64,000 nucleotides of DNA from an archaeon (lineage in GTDB: Archaea; Nanobdellota; Nanobdellia; SCGC-AAA011-G17; GW2011-AR17): positions 29,324 through 93,323 of the forward strand of contig JABHYY010000018.1 of assembly GCA_018653605.1 (NCBI GenBank). The letters run 5' to 3'. Under the pieces are notes generated by a model, which worked only from the letters and a program-made list of their open reading frames with translations, was not told the origin of the DNA and ran no database searches. The first letter of the stretch is position 1. Each line of letters opens with the position of its first letter. The position numbers and the translations under genes are program-made. Shown here one piece after another: positions 26,731 to 36,108 of this stretch.

Positions 26731-27483
26731 ATGGTTAAAGAAGATTTTGTCGATTTAAAAGCAAGAGCTAAAAAAGAAGAAGAAACAAAAAGAAAGGATA
26801 AAGAATTCTGGGATCACTACCATGCCATTAAAAATAGTTTTCTATTAGAGCTTTCTGCTAAAACAAGTAAAGAATATGTATTTGGTGAAGGAGGAGATAT
26901 TTTTGAGAAAACAAGCTTTCACAAACCCAACAAAAAAGTGGGAAATATTTACATAAGTTCTGGTAAAAGATACATAAATGAAATTAAACTTAATCTTTAT
27001 GATGAAAGTATAGAAAAAGAATTCAGTTCACAAATTAAAAAGTTTGAAAAAAATTTACAACAAGATCCAATTATTAGGTATGGAAATAAAATTGAATATC
27101 TAAAGTTAACTCCAAAAGTAGTAGAAGAACGTGCTAAAGAAAAAACAAGAGAAGAAGACAAAATTAAAAGTTTTTGGGCTCAATTCAGATCTATTGAAAG
27201 TAATTTTTTGGCTAGGCTTTCTACTAAAACTGGTAAAAAATATAAATTGGGAGAACATGGAAGTATCGTAGAGAAAAAGAGTTGGTTCAGATCTAAAGAA
27301 ATAGGAAGCATTTACATGGACATCAGTTATGAAAGCGCTATGATATATAAAATTGAAATTGCTCTTTTTGATCAAAGTATAGAAAAAGAATTTGGTTTGC
27401 AGGTTGTAGAGTTTGAAAAAGAATTAAAGGAAGATCCAACTATTAATTTTAGACACCACATTGCATATAGAAAAGTATGGTAA
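26731..27483 (+). CDS. protein made of two tandem ~115-aa homologous domains (unknown function)
   Basis: 250 aa; halves align: KEFWDHYHAIKNSFLLELSAKTSKEYVFGEGG... vs KSFWAQFRSIESNFLARLSTKTGKKYKLGEHG... Confidence 0.5.
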   Translation: MVKEDFVDLKARAKKEEETKRKDKEFWDHYHAIKNSFLLELSAKTSKEYVFGEGGDIFEKTSFHKPNKKVGNIYISSGKRYINEIKLNLYDESIEKEFSSQIKKFEKNLQQDPIIRYGNKIEYLKLTPKVVEERAKEKTREEDKIKSFWAQFRSIESNFLARLSTKTGKKYKLGEHGSIVEKKSWFRSKEIGSIYMDISYESAMIYKIEIALFDQSIEKEFGLQVVEFEKELKEDPTINFRHHIAYRKVW

Positions 27484-27522
27484 ATTTACTCAGATTACAA
27501 AAAATAAACACAAACCAAAGAA

Positions 27523-29016
27523 TTACCCAAAAACCAATCTTTTCTGCCTTTTCTTCTCAGCATAACTATGAGGAACATAAATTCCCTTCTTAGTCTTAGG
27601 ATCCATTGAAGTGTAATACATGCAAGTTGACACAGTCATTGGAGTAGGAGTGAACACTTGCACTTTCTCAGCATTCCTTAACCTCTTAACAACCCGAGCC
27701 AACTCTTCAGCCTCATCCATTGTAGAACCAGGATGCGCAGTCATAAAATAAAAAGACAATTTACGACCAGTCCGAGCAAAATACTTAACAAACTCCTTAA
27801 GATTACCCCTATTCTTATTCATCAACTTCAAAACATTTTCATTAACATGCTCAGGGGCAATTTTCAAATCATTAAAAACATGATACTTAGCAATTTCATC
27901 AACCAATGCAGGAGAAGCTAAGTCATACCTAATCCCAGAACGAATACTCAACTTCTTAACACCAACAACCCCTCTAATTCTTTTCAACAAACCCAACAAC
28001 CTTTTATTACTAACATCCAACTGATCACAATCAATACAATCCCTTCCACACTTGTTACAATCCATTCCATACATGTTCGCAGAAGGACCAGACAAATCAT
28101 CAATATTTCCTTTGAAATGTCTAAGCTTAGTTATCTTCTTAACCTCTCTCAGAATAGACTCTTCAGAACGAGAAATAATCCTATCACCTTGCAACAACCG
28201 AACAGAACAAAAATTACAATTACCAACACAACCCCTATGAGTCACAACACTAAATTCAAAACCCTTTAACTCTTTAGGAGCTTTCCTAGTAAATCCTAAT
28301 TCATAATACTCATCCAAATCTTTAGAAGTATACTTAGGAAATTTATACTGAATAACATACCTATTGTCAATCTTTTGAATAAGATCAGCTTTGTTAGTAA
28401 ACATGTTTTGCATATCACAAAACTTTTCCTTAGAATTCATAACATCATCATAAGAAGGCAACTCTTTCCCAGACAACTCTTTTGTAATAATACAAGTACC
28501 TTCAATCCCAAATAAGTCTTTACCTTTCTTAATCCTGGAGGCTATTTCCAAAACCTGTTTCTCTGCACTACCATAAGCCATAATATCAGCTCTAGTATCA
28601 AACAGTATAGGTTTTCTTAACCTATTTTGCCAATAATCATAATGAACAAACCTTCTAAGTGAAGCTTCAGTTCCACCCAAAACAATAATTGACCCTTTGA
28701 ACATGTGCTTTATCCAATTACTATAAACACTAACAGCACGATCAGGAACCTTTTCAGCATAATCAACATGATCATCATCCTCTCTCAACCTTTTCAAAGG
28801 AGTGTAATTTCTAACCATAGAATCAATAGTTCCAGAAGTAACACCAAAAAACAACTTAGGCTTTCCTAACTTTGTAATCTCTTCCTCTTTCACAGGTTTT
28901 TCAATGATTCCAACAGTAAAACCATGCTTTTCTAACCACCTTTTCAGTATAGCAACACCACACAAAGGATGATCAAAGTAAAGCTCTCCTGTAACAAAGA
29001 TTATATCATATTCCAT
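27523..29016 (-). CDS. YgiQ-family (UPF0313) radical SAM protein
   Basis: 497 aa; N-term FVTGELYFDHPLCGVAIL (YgiQ N-domain), CVGNCNFCS CX3CX2C cluster. Confidence 0.8.
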   Translation of the reverse strand: MEYDIIFVTGELYFDHPLCGVAILKRWLEKHGFTVGIIEKPVKEEEITKLGKPKLFFGVTSGTIDSMVRNYTPLKRLREDDDHVDYAEKVPDRAVSVYSNWIKHMFKGSIIVLGGTEASLRRFVHYDYWQNRLRKPILFDTRADIMAYGSAEKQVLEIASRIKKGKDLFGIEGTCIITKELSGKELPSYDDVMNSKEKFCDMQNMFTNKADLIQKIDNRYVIQYKFPKYTSKDLDEYYELGFTRKAPKELKGFEFSVVTHRGCVGNCNFCSVRLLQGDRIISRSEESILREVKKITKLRHFKGNIDDLSGPSANMYGMDCNKCGRDCIDCDQLDVSNKRLLGLLKRIRGVVGVKKLSIRSGIRYDLASPALVDEIAKYHVFNDLKIAPEHVNENVLKLMNKNRGNLKEFVKYFARTGRKLSFYFMTAHPGSTMDEAEELARVVKRLRNAEKVQVFTPTPMTVSTCMYYTSMDPKTKKGIYVPHSYAEKKRQKRLVFG

Positions 29017-29087
29017 TTATAAAAGAAAATTTAGTTGCTTTTTAAAGGTATGCTATGAAAAGAATATGTCCTAATGATAATACTAGT

Positions 29088-29444
29088 CTAAGGTTCATAC
29101 CAATCAACTTGATTTCTAATTCTTTCCGTTTCAACAATCCTATCAGACTTATTATCAAAGTTTCGATTCAAATATTGATTCAGTGAAGATTCATAAGACC
29201 CATTACCATCAGAGTCAATCCTAATTGCATCTCTTCCAATTCTTTCTACCCTTACAGCATTTGGACTCCCTTCATACTCAGTTACATTTAAAGTATTGAA
29301 ATTTGGCGCTACAACTAACAATGCACCCATACATAAATATGTTACCAAGCCTCCTTTAATGAAAGACCTCATACGAGCAAATTGTTCTTTCTCTTTGTCA
29401 GTAAATTCATTTAGCGATTGTTGTTCATCTTGTTTTTTATCCAT
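29088..29444 (-). CDS. membrane-anchored hypothetical protein
   Basis: 118 aa; one TM (LVTYLCMGALLVVAP). Confidence 0.4.
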   Translation of the reverse strand: MDKKQDEQQSLNEFTDKEKEQFARMRSFIKGGLVTYLCMGALLVVAPNFNTLNVTEYEGSPNAVRVERIGRDAIRIDSDGNGSYESSLNQYLNRNFDNKSDRIVETERIRNQVDWYEP

Positions 29445-29532
29445 TTTTATTTCCTCCTTATTTGTTATTCAATAGTAATAACAAAGAATCCAAACATATT
29501 TAAATATTACCTCCCCCCAAGTGGAGTGTAAT

Positions 29533-30291
29533 ATGAAAGAAATATTAGAAGAAGCAGGCTTAACAAAGAATGAAACTTTAGTCTATCTAAACTTATTAAA
29601 ATTAGGAAAAGCTAAAGCAAGTAAAATCATTAGAGAAGCAAAAGTTTCAAGTGGGAAAATATATGAAACTCTAGACAAATTAATTGAAAAAGGATTAGTA
29701 AAAATAGTAACAGAAAATGGAGTAAAAACATTCATTGCAGCAAATCCAACAACATTACTTACTTACATAAAGGAAAAAGAGAAAAAACTAAGAGAACAAG
29801 AAAAAAAATTAGAAAACATAATCCCTGATTTACATAATTTAATGAAAACTGCCAAAGTAAAAGAAACAGTATCATTGATAAAAGGGTTTAGAGGAATCTC
29901 AACTTTAGTTTATGAAGAATTAGAAAAAGGCAAAGACATTAAAATTATGGGAGTAAGATCTTCAAAATCAGTTAAGTTCAATAATTTTTGGAAAAAATGG
30001 CACAGAAAAAGAATCACTCTAAAAAAAGAGTGTAAAATGCTATTTTCAGACTACAAATCTGAGTACTGGAAATTTTTTAAAAAATTAAAATATACAAAAG
30101 TAAAGGAATCACTCTCTGTAAGCCCTTCAGCAATTTTAATAATAGACAATAACACTTTTATTTTTTCATACAAGGAAGAATTCACTTGCATCCATATTAA
30201 TTCTAAAGACATTGCAGATTCATTTAAATCAATGTTTAATAGTTTGTGGGAAGTAAAAAATCTCATTAAACTCAGCAGTCAACACAAATAA
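29533..30291 (+). CDS. TrmB-family transcriptional regulator (paralogue 2)
   Basis: HTH TLVYLNLLKLGKAKASKIIREAKVSSGKIYETLDKLIEKGLV; ATG 29533 preferred over GTG 29521; TATA tatttaaata ~25 bp upstream. Confidence 0.65.
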   Translation: MKEILEEAGLTKNETLVYLNLLKLGKAKASKIIREAKVSSGKIYETLDKLIEKGLVKIVTENGVKTFIAANPTTLLTYIKEKEKKLREQEKKLENIIPDLHNLMKTAKVKETVSLIKGFRGISTLVYEELEKGKDIKIMGVRSSKSVKFNNFWKKWHRKRITLKKECKMLFSDYKSEYWKFFKKLKYTKVKESLSVSPSAILIIDNNTFIFSYKEEFTCIHINSKDIADSFKSMFNSLWEVKNLIKLSSQHK

Positions 30292-30298
30292 ACACCCT
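30274..30298. repeat. copy 2 of AGCAGTCAACAC..AAACACCCT motif (overlaps TrmB-2 stop)
   Basis: agcagtcaacacaaataaacaccct. Confidence 0.7.
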
Positions 30299-30346
30299 AT
30301 AACCACCATACAAGTCCAATAATACTTTTAAAGTAATTCAAAATTA

Positions 30347-31105
30347 TTAAAAACCTGAAGAAAAAATAGTATGTTTGCTTTCATAATTTAAAATAGATCC
30401 ATCATACACTTCCCTCATTAATTCATTCAAAGACATACTCCTATAGCATTTACCACGATCATAACCATGAGGTGATACTGGTACAAATAGGTGCTTTTTT
30501 TTATCTACAACTTCTTTTGCTTTTTCTTCAGATCCTCCCAAAATCCAAAATTCTGCAGATCTTAATGTTTTTCCTTCTCTTTCTAAAAAAACTGCTCTAT
30601 CTCTATACAATTGATAAGCTTCATCTAACGAATCAAGTTCAATTAGACATTTAGCTGTATCAACTACCAACCAATCAGACAAACTATCTCCATCTTTATA
30701 ACTTAAATTTAATGCTTTTCTATAATTTGTTAAAGATGAAGCAAAATCTCCTTTCTCTCCATTCATCATCGCTGCTTTTTTTAACAAGAAAATTCTTGTC
30801 CGCAATGTATAGTCCTCACACTCAGAATTCTGCTCATATAATTCCAACTCTTGGTCTTTCATTCCATTTTCCTTGTAAATCCTACCAGCAATAAAGGGTT
30901 GTCCAATTTGTATTAAAACATTTACTGCATCATTAATCATTCCAGCCTCCAAGTAGAGGCCTGCTGCAGTATAATATTCTTCTCTATCAATATATGATAA
31001 TGCTATTTTAGAATATAAAGACTCCTTAGTAGTATCAACAATTTTTTCTTGAATTAATATTTCAAGTGTTCCTTTTATTTTATCTACATTTAACTTTTCT
31101 TCCAT
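30347..31105 (-). CDS. TPR-like helical protein, unknown function
   Basis: 252 aa; amphipathic helical repeats. Confidence 0.45.
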   Translation of the reverse strand: MEEKLNVDKIKGTLEILIQEKIVDTTKESLYSKIALSYIDREEYYTAAGLYLEAGMINDAVNVLIQIGQPFIAGRIYKENGMKDQELELYEQNSECEDYTLRTRIFLLKKAAMMNGEKGDFASSLTNYRKALNLSYKDGDSLSDWLVVDTAKCLIELDSLDEAYQLYRDRAVFLEREGKTLRSAEFWILGGSEEKAKEVVDKKKHLFVPVSPHGYDRGKCYRSMSLNELMREVYDGSILNYESKHTIFSSGF

Positions 31106-31195
31106 TTTTTAATTCCTCCTAACACTTTTGTAAGTGTTACTACTTATGAGTAATTAGACATATTTAAATACTTCCTACTACCCTTATGTAGTAGA

Positions 31196-31945
31196 ATGGA
31201 AGAATTTACAAAGAAACTACAAAGCATAGGACTAACAGAAAGAGAATCAAGAGTTTACATCTTTCTTTTACAACATCAAGAAGCAAAAACAGGAATAATT
31301 TGTTCAAAATTAAACATACCTAATTCACATATTTACAAGATATTAGAAAAATTGCTTAACAAAGGAATAGTTAGTTTTAAAATTATAAACAATGTAAAGA
31401 TATTTAGGCCAGTTAATCCAGAAAGCTTATACTCTTTATTCAAAGAAAAAGAAAGAGAACTTGAACAACAAAAAAAGGACCTAAAACAATTTATTTCTAA
31501 ATTAAAAAAGATAGAAATTAAAGATAAAAAAGAAAATGATTTCAAATATTTTGAAGGTATCAATGGAGTAAGATCTATGTTCACTGAATTCATAGAAAAT
31601 TTTACTCCTGACTCCAGCTTGCATATTGCTTCTGCACCAATAGCATATGAAAAATGGAATGCATTTCTTTTAGATTTATTTCATCCACCAAGAATTAAGA
31701 AAAATATAAACTTACAATTAATAGTTCCAGCTAAATTAAAAAAACATGCACAAGAAAGAAAAAAATTAAAACCTATTGAGATAAAATTTAGTGATGTTGA
31801 AATGGAAGCAGAGTTTGGAGTTACAGACAAGTATGTTTACTTTTTAAGTTTTGGAGAAAAACCTTATGCATTGTTAATAAAAGATAAAAATTTAGCCGAA
31901 ACACAAAAAAAAGTTTTTAATGCACTTTGGAAACAAGCAAAATAA
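31196..31945 (+). CDS. TrmB-family transcriptional regulator (paralogue 3)
   Basis: 249 aa; HTH ESRVYIFLLQHQEAKTGIICSKLNIPNSHIYKILEKLLNKGIV; TATA tatttaaata 26 bp upstream, leaderless. Confidence 0.65.
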   Translation: MEEFTKKLQSIGLTERESRVYIFLLQHQEAKTGIICSKLNIPNSHIYKILEKLLNKGIVSFKIINNVKIFRPVNPESLYSLFKEKERELEQQKKDLKQFISKLKKIEIKDKKENDFKYFEGINGVRSMFTEFIENFTPDSSLHIASAPIAYEKWNAFLLDLFHPPRIKKNINLQLIVPAKLKKHAQERKKLKPIEIKFSDVEMEAEFGVTDKYVYFLSFGEKPYALLIKDKNLAETQKKVFNALWKQAK

Positions 31946-31970
31946 AGCAGTCAACACTAAAAAACACCCT
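31946..31970. repeat. copy 3 of AGCAGTCAACAC..AAACACCCT motif (1 nt after TrmB-3 stop)
   Basis: agcagtcaacactaaaaaacaccct. Confidence 0.7.
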
Positions 31971-31986
31971 TCAAAAAGATTAAGAA

Positions 31987-32856
31987 TTACTGCCTTTTCT
32001 TATATTGTTTAAAAGCATTTAATAAATCACTAATGTCTTTAGTGTCAAACACTAAAAGATAAAATAAATCCTTCCCTTGGAAAAACACATTAGTACCAAT
32101 ACTTGAAGGACCAAAAGTATAAACACTAGGCCTATCAATTTCACCTCTCATATATTTATACAGATCTTTTGTTTTTCTTATAGTTAAATCTACATCAGGC
32201 CCTATTTTGTATGTTAAAAAAGTTTTAACTTCAATAAAACTCAATTCCTTAATTTCATCAATCTCAGAAAACTTGAAATTAACAACATATTTTTTTGAAG
32301 GATTAAGAATATCTTTAAAATTCAAATCAACACTAAAACCATCTCTATTCAAAGTATATGTTTGTAAAGCCTTACCAAAAAATCTTCTAAGAGGTTTAGC
32401 AATTATCCTCAAAACATAAAGAACAGGAATCCTTAAGAATAACCAACCTAACAAAATGCCAACAAAAATATAAAATGATTGAGAAAGACTTAAAGGATTA
32501 TTTATCAAATTATAAACGCCAAACCCAATTACAGCAAGTAACAGAACAACAACAACAAAACCCATTATTATACTTTTAAAAAGGTCAAAATATTGGAAAC
32601 CTTCTGCAATCTGTGTCCAAACATTTTTTTTCTCATAAACCAATTTTTTAACATCAATATTGCTACTCATTTTTAACCAATAATAGACACCTTCTAACAA
32701 AATTATATGAAAAACTGCAACAAAAAGAAGAATTTTAAGATCAAACTCAGCATTGGAATTTAAAGTTAACATCAAAAAAGACAGCATAAAAAAGATACCA
32801 AATGCAAAAAGTAGCCACCCAATAAAGACTTGATTAGTTTTTGGAAGATTTTTCAT
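31987..32856 (-). CDS. membrane protein (N-terminal TM hairpins + C-terminal soluble domain)
   Basis: 289 aa. Confidence 0.45.
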   Translation of the reverse strand: MKNLPKTNQVFIGWLLFAFGIFFMLSFLMLTLNSNAEFDLKILLFVAVFHIILLEGVYYWLKMSSNIDVKKLVYEKKNVWTQIAEGFQYFDLFKSIIMGFVVVVLLLAVIGFGVYNLINNPLSLSQSFYIFVGILLGWLFLRIPVLYVLRIIAKPLRRFFGKALQTYTLNRDGFSVDLNFKDILNPSKKYVVNFKFSEIDEIKELSFIEVKTFLTYKIGPDVDLTIRKTKDLYKYMRGEIDRPSVYTFGPSSIGTNVFFQGKDLFYLLVFDTKDISDLLNAFKQYKKRQ

Positions 32857-32906
32857 AATTATTTAATAATTTAACAGTATATATAATTTTCTCAAAAAAA
32901 AAAAAA

Positions 32907-34544
32907 TTAAGAAAAAAGTAAAAGAACTTTTACAAAGCCCAATTTAACTTTTGATTTCAAGCCAGAAGCTTTCACAACAACACTCTTATCTTTCAACCCA
33001 GCTCTAACATCACCTTTCACATCAGTTGACTTTGACAAGTCATCAACAAAACTCTGATCCAAGTAAACATTATAATTAGCACCTTCTAACTCTTCACTAC
33101 CAATTACAACACCCCCTGCCTTAGAAACAGCCAAAGTTATCACCCACTGAGAACCATCTTCTTGCATAATAAACAAGTTAGCTTCTTCATCGGGAAGATA
33201 ATCAGTTATTTCATCAACTCGCAAAAATTCATAAATTGCATCATTGTGATCATCACTTCCTAAGAAATCTTCTAAAACTTCATCAATTCCATCACAGAAC
33301 TCATAAGTTCCATCACAGTAAGCATGATTAAAAGGATACTCTTCTAAACACTCTCTGTACTCTTCTTGACAAGTTAAAGGTTCAACTGCAACAAACACTG
33401 TATTCTCTTGACACAAATAACCAGTAATACAACCATTTGAATCAGTCAGCTCAATTGGAGTGTAACCAACTTCACAATCTTCTTCTTCAACTTCAGGACA
33501 AACTTCAACATCAATACATTCATATTCAGTCAAACATCCAGTAACTTCATCAAACACTTCATCCCAAAACATTTCACAATCATTTTCAACATCAGGACAA
33601 ACCAAAGGCTCTTCTCTATAATTCAAAATCATACCATCATCACCAACAGCCCATCCAACATCTTCAACAAACTGAACATCTCTCATCATGTTAACAGGAA
33701 TACTACTTGATGTTGCTCCACCAACTACAGCTCTTTGCTGTGTCCAATCTTCACCATCATAATACCTAATACAATTCTGTCCAGCTAACCAAGCTTCATC
33801 TTCACTTGCATAATGAATACCCCAAAATCCAGACAACAATGTACCAGCTTCTTCTTGGCTCCAACTTTCACGAGCACCAGAGTAAACATAATTTCCAACA
33901 CCAGTTGCCCAACAACTATCCATATCTAAACAATAAACATCTTTCAACCCAACACTAACATCACTTCTTGAAATATTAGCAACTCTTTCAAAAGAAGATC
34001 CATCATTTGTCATTAAAATCACACCACCATCACCAACAGCATATCCATTATCTTCATCTACCATATAAACACCTTGCAAAACATAACCTTCAGCCAAAGG
34101 AATATGCCCTTCACCTACAAACTTAATAATAGACTTCTCTCCATCACCAACAGCATAAGCTTCATCACCAACACAATGCACATCCCAGAAACCCATTGAG
34201 TAAGGAACTTCAAATGGTAACCATTCTTCTCCACCATCTCTTGTATAATAAACTAAACTTGATCCACCTACAATCCAACCATTGTTCCTATCATCAAAAC
34301 AAACACCATAAAGTGCATCAGTTGTAGTAAATTGTTCTTCCCAAGTTTCACCACCATCTTCAGTGATCAAAACTACACCACTATCAAATGCTTCACCACC
34401 AACAGCATACCCAAGTCTTTGATCAACCATATGAACTTCATACAAATCAAGATCAGTATCTGTTTCTTGTTGCTGCCAATCTGTAGCAGAAACAACACTT
34501 ACGCCTAGTAAAAATATTATTAGAAATATTATGCCTCTTTTCAT
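32907..34544 (-). CDS. secreted BNR/Asp-box (Ycf48/sortilin-like beta-propeller) protein with acidic Cys-rich C-terminal region
   Basis: Start moved to MKRGIIFLIIFLLGVSVVSA signal peptide; Asp-boxes TEDGGETWEE, TRDGGEEWLP, TNDGSSF; C-terminal multiple CxxC-like acidic repeats. Confidence 0.6.
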   Translation of the reverse strand: MKRGIIFLIIFLLGVSVVSATDWQQQETDTDLDLYEVHMVDQRLGYAVGGEAFDSGVVLITEDGGETWEEQFTTTDALYGVCFDDRNNGWIVGGSSLVYYTRDGGEEWLPFEVPYSMGFWDVHCVGDEAYAVGDGEKSIIKFVGEGHIPLAEGYVLQGVYMVDEDNGYAVGDGGVILMTNDGSSFERVANISRSDVSVGLKDVYCLDMDSCWATGVGNYVYSGARESWSQEEAGTLLSGFWGIHYASEDEAWLAGQNCIRYYDGEDWTQQRAVVGGATSSSIPVNMMRDVQFVEDVGWAVGDDGMILNYREEPLVCPDVENDCEMFWDEVFDEVTGCLTEYECIDVEVCPEVEEEDCEVGYTPIELTDSNGCITGYLCQENTVFVAVEPLTCQEEYRECLEEYPFNHAYCDGTYEFCDGIDEVLEDFLGSDDHNDAIYEFLRVDEITDYLPDEEANLFIMQEDGSQWVITLAVSKAGGVVIGSEELEGANYNVYLDQSFVDDLSKSTDVKGDVRAGLKDKSVVVKASGLKSKVKLGFVKVLLLFS

Positions 34545-34678
34545 ATCTCTAACATATGTTATAAAATATATAAAGGTTTTGTAGGGGGAGGTAAAGCAAT
34601 GACTCCTGAAATTACAAAAAACATATAAACTTCCAAGATTAAGAAAATCTAATGCAATTTTTAAGGGAGGAATTATAA

Positions 34679-35380
34679 ATGGCAATAAGAAGAAGATTAC
34701 CCAACATTTTAATGGTAATACAATTAGTCCTAATAGTTGTAATGATATTTCAATTAAATGTTATTAGCGACAGAATAGGCACACTAACAGGTGATGTAGT
34801 GGCAGATGGAGGTTCAGCAGATGTTGTAGTAGATCTTGGAGCAGGAACAGCAGATCCAGGAGAGTATGAAAACACATTTGATATAGAAGGAGCACCAGTG
34901 TTAGGAGACTTAGACAAAGCAAAAGTAACAATTATAGCATTCTCAGATTTCCAATGCTCATACTGTGCAACTGGTGAAGCTACAATGAATGCTTTAGCAG
35001 CAAAATATGGTGATGATGTAGCAATTGTGTTCAAACATTTCCCATTAAGCTTCCATCAGTACGCTCAGATGGCATCAGAAGCTTCAATGTGTGCAGATAA
35101 CCAAGACATGTTCTGGGAATACCACGATGGGTTATTTGAAAACCAAGCAAGTATTAATCCAGGCTACTTAACACAGTTAGCAGGAGAACTTGGATTAGAC
35201 ACAGCAGAGTTTGACACATGTCTAGAAACTGGACAATACACAGCATATGTAAATGCAGACTTTACTTACGGTACACAAGTAGGTATCACTGGAACACCTG
35301 GATTCTTTGTAAATGGTGAACTTGTAAAAGGTGCGCAACCACAGAGTGTATTTGAAGGAATGATAGATCCTTGGCTATAA
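34679..35380 (+). CDS. membrane-anchored DsbA-like thiol:disulfide oxidoreductase
   Basis: 233 aa; N-term TM, CSYC active site (FSDFQCSYCA), GTPGFFVNG cis-Pro loop; strong SD agggagg. Confidence 0.7.
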   Translation: MAIRRRLPNILMVIQLVLIVVMIFQLNVISDRIGTLTGDVVADGGSADVVVDLGAGTADPGEYENTFDIEGAPVLGDLDKAKVTIIAFSDFQCSYCATGEATMNALAAKYGDDVAIVFKHFPLSFHQYAQMASEASMCADNQDMFWEYHDGLFENQASINPGYLTQLAGELGLDTAEFDTCLETGQYTAYVNADFTYGTQVGITGTPGFFVNGELVKGAQPQSVFEGMIDPWL

Positions 35381-35475
35381 AGCCTTTTTTTCTTTTTTTA
35401 ATTTAAAACAAAGCATTCTAGGTTAAAATTAGCAAGCCACAAATTATATAAACCAAAATACCTCTTATAGAAGAT

Positions 35476-36108
35476 ATGCCAAACATACTAATATTTTGCG
35501 CGCACTCAGATGACGAAGCGATTGGAATGTCAGGAACAATAGCAAAATATGTAGAACAAAAAAAGAAAGTGATCAAAGTAGTTCTATCACATGGTGAAAT
35601 GTCACATCCACATTTTCAAGAAAAGCATGTTAAAAAAGCCAGAAAAAAAGAAACAAAAAAAGCTTCTGAAATGATTGGAATCAAAGAAACAATGTACTTA
35701 GGTCTAAAAGATGCAAGCCTAAAAAGAGAAATAAACAAACCAAAAGTTGAAAGACAAATAAAAGGAATAATCAAAAGATTCAATCCAGAAAAAATATACT
35801 GTACTTCAGCAAAAGATCCACATCCAGACCACAGAGCAGTAAACAAAATAGTCTTACAAATTGTAGACACTTTCAGAAAAAAGTACCCAGTATATGGTTA
35901 CGAAGTTTGGAACATTCAAGATGAAACTCATCCAAGAGTTTATGTTGACATCTCAGGTTACATGGACCAAAAATTGGAATATATCAAAATGTTTAAAAGC
36001 CAGTGGGTCTTTATGTTTTCATTATACTTACCTGCACTATTCAGAGCAAAGAAATTTGGTGCAAAAAACCATTGCAAATATGCAGAGAGGTTTTACAAAT
36101 TAAGATGA
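35476..36108 (+). CDS. PIG-L/LmbE-family N-acetylglucosaminyl deacetylase
   Basis: 210 aa; AHSDDEAIG and HPDH zinc-binding motifs. Confidence 0.75.
   Translation: MPNILIFCAHSDDEAIGMSGTIAKYVEQKKKVIKVVLSHGEMSHPHFQEKHVKKARKKETKKASEMIGIKETMYLGLKDASLKREINKPKVERQIKGIIKRFNPEKIYCTSAKDPHPDHRAVNKIVLQIVDTFRKKYPVYGYEVWNIQDETHPRVYVDISGYMDQKLEYIKMFKSQWVFMFSLYLPALFRAKKFGAKNHCKYAERFYKLR

Noticed and set aside
34545-34685. N-terminal 47 codons of supplied ORF 32907..34685
   Set aside because: A typical signal peptide begins at the internal Met (MKRGIIFLIIFLL); the upstream part overlaps the divergent dsbA-like promoter and SD.
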